Positions 27,908 to 33,767 of a DNA stretch of 33,767 nucleotides are shown here, in pieces (position 1 is the stretch's first letter; each line of letters starts with the position of its first letter). Made by a program: the position numbers and the translations under genes. The notes beneath the pieces were generated by a model that ran no database searches, had not been told where the DNA came from, and saw only the letters and a program-made list of their open reading frames with translations. The DNA comes from Candidatus Hadarchaeota archaeon (GTDB lineage Archaea > CAYQAE01 > CAYVLA01): contig CAZUNO010000027.1 of NCBI GenBank assembly GCA_964621445.1, forward strand, positions 1 through 33,767. Reading direction: 5' to 3'.

Positions 27908-29935
27908 CTAGAGTTTCCTTTCAACCGCCCAGGTTGTGTTTCTAGAAACCCAGACGTAGTAGCCCTCCGAAGGCTGGATGAAGAATTCACTGGATGTGAA
28001 GCCCTCTATGTAGAACTCGAAAGAGCCATCGGGTCTCCTCCTGGCAATCTGCACTATCTCTGTCTCATTCGAGAGGTTGGAAAAGGTCTCTGAGATGTTC
28101 CCTGCGGAGAAAGAGGGCTTCCCAACTAGGTTCCACCTCCCGGCATCCAACTCGGTCAAGACGGACGTGTTGTATTCCACAATCCCACTCAACGTCACGT
28201 TCACTTCGCTTTCCAGCCAGACATAGTAAGCCTCATCCCGAACTATGTCAAAGTCCCCACCGAAGCCCACTCCGCTTCCGGGATCTACCACGTAGTGTTC
28301 ATAGAGCGATCCGTCTCCAGATCTTCTCGCAACGCTCGTCGCTGCCTCACCGATCTGCTCCAAAAGAGAACTAGCCGTGAAACCGACTTCGTAGGGAAAT
28401 GATACGATATTCCATCCCCGATCCAGATGCTTGTCGAATATCCCAGCGACCTGAAAGTTCTGGATTATCTCTCCGTCGGCGCCCATCTCTCTCACAACGT
28501 AGTATCTTGCATCGGTTGCAGATGTGTCCTTCCAGACCTGAGTGGAATTGCCCACTTGGTCGTTGGGAGCAGAGAAGTCAAATCCTTCAATCGAGTCCGC
28601 TGCATATATGGCGTAGCCAGCCGCTTCGTCGGAGGCAACCCAGCTCAGAACCGTTTCCGCGCCCTCTCTATAGGCCAGCCTGCTTCCTCTTCCGAACAAC
28701 AAGCCCTTCATGTTCTTTAACTTCTCGAGGTCAACGGGCAGATCCGTCGGCGGTCCCTCCATATCAGCTGCATTCTCGACATCTCTCAACTCGCCCTTAA
28801 GTAGGGATTCCACGGTTACGGGGAACACTTCCCACTGAACGGGAGCCATCTCCTCTCCCCCCAGGTAGTCCCTGTAGTAGACATCGTTGTACTCATACCA
28901 CCTCTCCGACTCGGGATAGGACGAGGCAGCAAAAAAGCCGAAATCCAACGCCTCCCTCTCGTTAACTGCTCCGTCCTTGATGTATCCACCGGACGTAGGG
29001 TCCAGAGCCAACCAGCCGTCATCGGTCAGCACCTCGACCCAGGCATGGCCCCCCTCAATTCCCTGGAAGCTAACCAGGCCCAAAACCACTCTCACAACCT
29101 CTGGTCCAAGGCCAGCCGCACGAAGCATGGATACAAGGGTATTGGCCTGCTCCTCGCAGTCCGATTTGATCCAACCCGTCACCGGTGGCATGTCGGGCGT
29201 CTGGACCAGACACTCGCCGGAGGTCAGCCATCGTTCCTCCACGCCGAAGAGCTCCATGTCCGATATCCAGAGCATTCGGGTGGTGACCCAGTCGTATACC
29301 GCCTCAGCGGTCCTGTCCAGATGGTTGACCGCGTCCAATATGGCCTCATCCTGCGGTGTAATATAGTCGGAGAAGGAACCAACGTCCTCCTTCCCGGATC
29401 GTCTAGCCTGCTCTTCTACCTGCTCGCGGTTCACATCGTCGACCAAATCTCCGTATCCCATCGTTTCGAGTATCTCGTCCCTTTTCTCCCTGAACCCATC
29501 CTTCAGATAGGAGGCAAATATGCCCAGCCCCTTGCCATCCGTCATCATCACAACGAAGGGCAGGGTCCGCAACCTTCCTATGTCGGTCGCATTCGCCCTG
29601 ACATAGTACAAATTGTCAACAAAACTGGAACGTTCCAGAACCTCGCAGTACTCGCCCAGCTGCCCGCTGGAGCCCTCCTCCACAAGGACAAGCAAAACCC
29701 GTTCAATGCTGTTGGGACCAGGTTCAAGTGGGACCGGAATCTTCTCGGGGGGGCCAGGGCGCATAGATAGAGTTAGGTTTCCCACTTCATCGCTGACGTT
29801 CTGTGCATGGGAGGTTGAACCATTCGAGGGACTCAAACGCCCCGGGACCTGCCCCCCTTTTCCCTTGGCACCTAACACCAGAACCGATCCAATCATCAAC
29901 ACAACTACGGACAACGCCGCCAGATTTCTCTTCAT
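27908..29935 (-). CDS. Secreted transglutaminase-like (Cys-His-Asp) protein with FN3-like domain and two C-terminal GWN/WNL repeats
   Basis: AAGGAGGG RBS; signal MKRNLAALSVVVLMIG; SDCEEQANTLVSMLRAAG, GHAWVEV, WLALDPT; LSW...GYAIY...YYVVR; GWNIVSFP/RWNLVGKP...YYVW. Confidence 0.88.
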   Translation of the reverse strand: MKRNLAALSVVVLMIGSVLVLGAKGKGGQVPGRLSPSNGSTSHAQNVSDEVGNLTLSMRPGPPEKIPVPLEPGPNSIERVLLVLVEEGSSGQLGEYCEVLERSSFVDNLYYVRANATDIGRLRTLPFVVMMTDGKGLGIFASYLKDGFREKRDEILETMGYGDLVDDVNREQVEEQARRSGKEDVGSFSDYITPQDEAILDAVNHLDRTAEAVYDWVTTRMLWISDMELFGVEERWLTSGECLVQTPDMPPVTGWIKSDCEEQANTLVSMLRAAGLGPEVVRVVLGLVSFQGIEGGHAWVEVLTDDGWLALDPTSGGYIKDGAVNEREALDFGFFAASSYPESERWYEYNDVYYRDYLGGEEMAPVQWEVFPVTVESLLKGELRDVENAADMEGPPTDLPVDLEKLKNMKGLLFGRGSRLAYREGAETVLSWVASDEAAGYAIYAADSIEGFDFSAPNDQVGNSTQVWKDTSATDARYYVVREMGADGEIIQNFQVAGIFDKHLDRGWNIVSFPYEVGFTASSLLEQIGEAATSVARRSGDGSLYEHYVVDPGSGVGFGGDFDIVRDEAYYVWLESEVNVTLSGIVEYNTSVLTELDAGRWNLVGKPSFSAGNISETFSNLSNETEIVQIARRRPDGSFEFYIEGFTSSEFFIQPSEGYYVWVSRNTTWAVERKL

Positions 29936-30007
29936 CAAAACCCTCCTTCTTTCCGTTTTTTTTCCAAAAAGGCTGTTGAAAGCCTGATACCTCCTATGCA
30001 GCACGTA

Positions 30008-30024
30008 TATTTAAAGTTTACCAT
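30008..30024 (-). promoter_or_regulatory. Archaeal BRE + TATA promoter for the transglutaminase cluster
   Basis: Minus strand reads ATGGTAAAC-TTTAAATA about 75 bp upstream of the ATG. Confidence 0.55.
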
Positions 30025-31085
30025 TTTCAAGCTTTCAGAGAACTCCTTTCGCGTTTTAGCGACGTCTCCACACGTTTCCATATTGTTCCATTCCTTTCCT
30101 GGTCTTTCCACTTTCTTCCAAGGCCTCGAGAAACGCGCCATCGGCCTACGAGACCTGCATGTCAAATCAACGTTACCATGTTCAATTACAAGCCGTGCCT
30201 GAAAGGCGGGGATCATCGACAGGACAAGAACAAGTTAACCTTAAAGGAAAGGGTGGACGCCACGCCCAACCGCCGCACGGGGGATCCTCATCTCATCGCC
30301 TTCCATCTCTCCACCCGTAGCTCGCCATAGTCGAACCAGATCCCCTCCCAGCTCCAAAATGATCATCTGCCCAACCGCAGGCCGGGCCGAGAAGGCCTGG
30401 CACTCCCCACTTGGATCCATTATCTTCTTTGCTGAGACCTCTCCGGACTCTAGAATACCTCCACGTTGTAAGGATTTATGTTGACCACCGCTTCTCCGGA
30501 GGGCGGAGGAGGCCGAGTAATGACATCGAAGCCAACGACCCAGCTGAGCATGTCCCTGTTCATCGGATGGGTGTCCCTACTAGTCAAGACGTTGGGCAGA
30601 TTGAAAGCAAAGACGGTATTATCCCTGGCCTGGGCCTCAAAGACGATTTCCTTGCCCCGAACCCTCTTGCCGTAGAACGACAACATGAAGACGTTGGTCT
30701 GGGCAAATATGTGGATACCGATGAAATCCTTCGGCGCAAGGGCTCTCTGAGTAAAGGCCAAAGGGATAATCGTATTTGCAGTCGTCGATCGCCAAGAAAG
30801 GCCGGGCGATGACAGAAGATGTTGAGAATCTTATCATGGGTGGGAATATACATCTGGGTCCGGGGCAGGGGCGATGGCTCCCTCAGCGGTTAAATTCACC
30901 TGCCCGGGGCCAAGTACTCGCCTTGAAATCCGATGCCAATTGGAAAGCTCTCTATAGGAAATTAAAAATTAAAATACATTCAAAAATAGCGACAGAGATC
31001 GACGCTCCAATTGTAATGGGAAAAAAATCTCCAAGCCCGGAATCCGGACGGGCTAATCAGAGTCTCCTTTCAGCGGGGATATTGA

Positions 31086-31388
31086 TTACCCTCTCATTGT
31101 TTTCGCTATCTGTAATCCTAGGATTTTTGCTCCCTTTTCGGTTTTCATGGACAACGTGGCGGGCTCTGTAACCAAGCATTCTTGTTCTTCGAGTATTTCC
31201 TCTTTTCCATCGACGGTAACTCTTACCTCGCCCTTGATCACGTAGAAGAGGACATATGAATCCATATCACAGGGAGGTATTTTACCATCGCTCGGCAGAG
31301 TGATGAGTCTGGAGTTGAACTCGTCGGCTTCGTAGAAGACGGTCGCCCTTTCCTCCGGTTCCATTTCTTTGAGATCGAAAATTTGCAT
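31086..31388 (-). CDS. Cupin-domain protein
   Basis: GGAGGTGA RBS; IPPCDMDSYVLFYVIKGEVRVTVDG cupin motif. Confidence 0.85.
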   Translation of the reverse strand: MQIFDLKEMEPEERATVFYEADEFNSRLITLPSDGKIPPCDMDSYVLFYVIKGEVRVTVDGKEEILEEQECLVTEPATLSMKTEKGAKILGLQIAKTMRG

Positions 31389-31499
31389 CTTTTCACCTCC
31401 TTTTTTCACCTTTGAAAGATACTCTTTTTTCATGCTGTTAGGTCCTCGTATTTTTTCACTGGTGATTGTATCAAACCCATGAGTGTTTCTCCGGGAGAT

Positions 31500-32039
31500 T
31501 TATTCGCTCCTGATTGTTTTAATTACGCCCTGAACTATCATGGATATAAATATAAATGCTAATATCACGCCGATCGAGCCCAGTAGAGAGGAGAGATCTC
31601 CTGTTGGTCTTGGCTCAACATAAAGATTCTTTCCAACACCGATCTCTTCGATAAGCACCCCTTTGTATTTTAGGACGACGTTTATCCGGTGCGTTCCTTC
31701 TTCGGCTTCCCAGGAGATTTTGTATGTGCTTGATCCTCCTGAACCTACCTTTATTCCGTTTATATTTCCTATTTTGATATTATCGACTAAATAAACTATA
31801 CCCAGGTTATCAATTGGGTCTGACCCATCGTTGTATATCGTCGCGCTAATCGAAATATTGTCTCCCGCTTCGGGATTATTATCCGAGAACTGGATTCCGC
31901 CAATCTCTATTTGTCGGGGCGAGGTTTCGCCACCGTTTTCCTGTCCTCTCGCAGGTATAAGGGAGAATAGTCCGAGGATCAAAACTAGGGTCAAGATTGC
32001 ACATCCTTTCTGAATCCCGGGCGTATCTACGCTCGTCAT
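31500..32039 (-). CDS. CARDB/Ig-like domain membrane-anchored protein
   Basis: Signal peptide, FSDNNPEAGDNISISATIYNDG...SWEAEEGTHRINV, C-terminal TM. Confidence 0.82.
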   Translation of the reverse strand: MTSVDTPGIQKGCAILTLVLILGLFSLIPARGQENGGETSPRQIEIGGIQFSDNNPEAGDNISISATIYNDGSDPIDNLGIVYLVDNIKIGNINGIKVGSGGSSTYKISWEAEEGTHRINVVLKYKGVLIEEIGVGKNLYVEPRPTGDLSSLLGSIGVILAFIFISMIVQGVIKTIRSE

Positions 32040-32869
32040 TCCATCCTCCTCCTATTAGCGAAATATAGGCCTAAGAGGAACAGGATAACCGTGTACCCTA
32101 AAATCACATATATACCGGTATGGAAATCGGGAGAAAAAGAGGCAGTGGTCGTAAAGGGACCTCCCGTTTTGCCGGGCCCTATCCCTCCTGTTTCAACTAC
32201 TCCTAGAACCTCTGTGATAAAACCCTCATAATAGGTGATCAGAAACCACGGCTCGATATCGACCATCTTTAGTACGTTTCCCGTTATGGGAAGTATCATC
32301 AGTAGGGAGAAGAAACCCAGTAACGCGGATGTTATCGACCTCTTTAATGTGCTGCTGAAGAAGAATATCAAACTGACCGCCCCGAACATGTAGAGTATGG
32401 AGAAAAGATATGACTTGCCAAACTCCACGATTATATTCGATAATCCATAGACATACTGGATCTCTAGAGCTGTTACTCCGTAATAAATAGACACTGCAGT
32501 AAAGGTGGTGAGTACAGAAGCTATGTATTTGCCGATAAATATACTGTTGTGGTTTTGAGGGGTGGGAAACAGTATCAATCCCGTTTCATTTTCGAACTCT
32601 GAAGATACTATATCTCCACCGAATAATACAGCGGAGATTATGATGAATAAGTTAACGAAGCCTAGATTCGTAGAAGCGAATCCTTTTGCCGTATCCGCGA
32701 GGTCCACATCCCAGATGGTTGGAACAATATAAAACACAGAAGCTAGGAATATGGCCAAAATCGCAGCCATCTGTATCCTGTTCCGCCGGAGAAGTTTTTT
32801 CAATTCGAACTTTGTCGACAAAAACGTGTCATACATAACGCTTTTTATGTTATCGATCAACCTCCTCAT
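32036..32869 (-). CDS. ABC-2 type transporter permease
   Basis: Six TM segments, VSSEFENETG..LFPTP....IFIGK motif. Confidence 0.88.
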   Translation of the reverse strand: MRRLIDNIKSVMYDTFLSTKFELKKLLRRNRIQMAAILAIFLASVFYIVPTIWDVDLADTAKGFASTNLGFVNLFIIISAVLFGGDIVSSEFENETGLILFPTPQNHNSIFIGKYIASVLTTFTAVSIYYGVTALEIQYVYGLSNIIVEFGKSYLFSILYMFGAVSLIFFFSSTLKRSITSALLGFFSLLMILPITGNVLKMVDIEPWFLITYYEGFITEVLGVVETGGIGPGKTGGPFTTTASFSPDFHTGIYVILGYTVILFLLGLYFANRRRME

Positions 32870-32870
32870 T

Positions 32871-33767
32871 TTATCCCCCTTCCTCATTTTTCCCTGCCAG
32901 AGAGATATAGAGATCTTCTAGATCCTTCTTCTCGTAGCTGAAAGACACTACCTCAAAGCCTTCTTCTATCAGTGCGGAAAGAATATTATACATACGTCGT
33001 TTTTTCCCGCTGTTGTGGATCTTGGCTTCCTTTCCGTCAACCACTACGTCTTCAACGCCTCTCAATGATCTTAATTTATCTATCTCGTCCTCTGATAACG
33101 GGTTCAAAAATTCCACCGATATATTCAGGTGCTTTGCATTCTTCAATACCTTTTCAACATCGTCGTAGGCAACGATCTCTCCTTCAAACAAAAAGATGAC
33201 TTTATTGCAGATTCGACTGACCTCTTGAAGCAGGTGGGAACTCAAAAAGATGGTCCTTTCCCCTTCCCGTAAACCGGTCAGTAATTCTCTTACCTCTTTT
33301 ATTCCCTTGGGATCGAGACCCATAACCGGTTCGTCCAGTATCAGTATCTCCGGGTCTGGTAAAAGCGCCAACCCTATAGCTAATCTCCGTCTCATACCCG
33401 TGCTGAATTCATCAATCTTCTTGTATTCCCAGTCCTGCAATTCTACAGTCCCCAACACTTCCCCAATCCTTTTAGTTATCCTGTCACCGTCCATCCGATA
33501 GACTTTGCCAAAATGTGTCATCAGTTCATGAGGAGTCAGATACCCATACATGCCGGGGACTTCTATGAGAGCTCCGACATAGCTCAGAGCCTTCTCCGGG
33601 TGTTTGTTCACATCTCTCCCGTTGATATAGATCTCACCCGAAGTGGGCGATAACAGGTTGGTGAGCAGCTTTATGGTGGTGGTTTTGCCCGCTCCATTGG
33701 GTCCAAGATAACCAACCACATCTCCCCTCTCGACTTTGAAAGATACTCCTTTCAACGCTGTAAGATC
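32871..33767 (-). CDS. ABC transporter ATP-binding protein (5' end outside window)
   Basis: GPNGAGKTT, FSTGMRRRL, LILDEP, SSH. Confidence 0.93.
   Translation of the reverse strand, partial: DLTALKGVSFKVERGDVVGYLGPNGAGKTTTIKLLTNLLSPTSGEIYINGRDVNKHPEKALSYVGALIEVPGMYGYLTPHELMTHFGKVYRMDGDRITKRIGEVLGTVELQDWEYKKIDEFSTGMRRRLAIGLALLPDPEILILDEPVMGLDPKGIKEVRELLTGLREGERTIFLSSHLLQEVSRICNKVIFLFEGEIVAYDDVEKVLKNAKHLNISVEFLNPLSEDEIDKLRSLRGVEDVVVDGKEAKIHNSGKKRRMYNILSALIEEGFEVVSFSYEKKDLEDLYISLAGKNEEGG

Noticed and set aside
28399-29987. Long plus-strand ORFs opposite the transglutaminase gene (likewise the ORFs antisense to the 14 kb and 16-17 kb genes)
   Set aside because: Antisense shadows of GC-rich coding sequence
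30411-30853. Overlapping ORFs 30450-30761 (-), 30411-30812 (+) and neighbours
   Set aside because: No recognisable motif or clear RBS; possibly a decayed gene, but unsupported
1-33767. CRISPR array, tRNA or rRNA
   Set aside because: No regularly spaced short repeats, cloverleaf/T-loop or rRNA signatures found by eye

Overview
Archaeal-type genomic window, judged from TATA/BRE promoters, UPF0175/DUF3368, archaeal ATPases and a PEF-CTERM-like sorting signal. (1) About 1-24.6 kb is a very dense toxin-antitoxin/defence island. It has about 8 apparently intact TA pairs (4 VapBC, RelBE, UPF0175/DUF3368-PIN, 2 AbiE), a frameshifted AbiE pair, two AAA+ ATPase/nuclease-domain genes and about 10 decayed TA remnants. 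It also has a ~2.4-kb mosaic direct duplication and four scattered fragments of an XerC/D-like tyrosine recombinase, all on the minus strand. (2) 25.1-29.9 kb is a four-gene minus-strand cluster and the best candidate for an undescribed system. A secreted transglutaminase-like Cys-His-Asp enzyme is followed by three membrane proteins that share one extracellular beta-sandwich domain (212 bp identical in two of them). Their cytoplasmic outputs differ: a degenerate KaiC/RecA-like ATPase, none, and a winged-HTH. (3) 31-33.8 kb holds ABC transporter, CARDB and cupin genes. All family calls come from reading motifs by eye; no searches were run.
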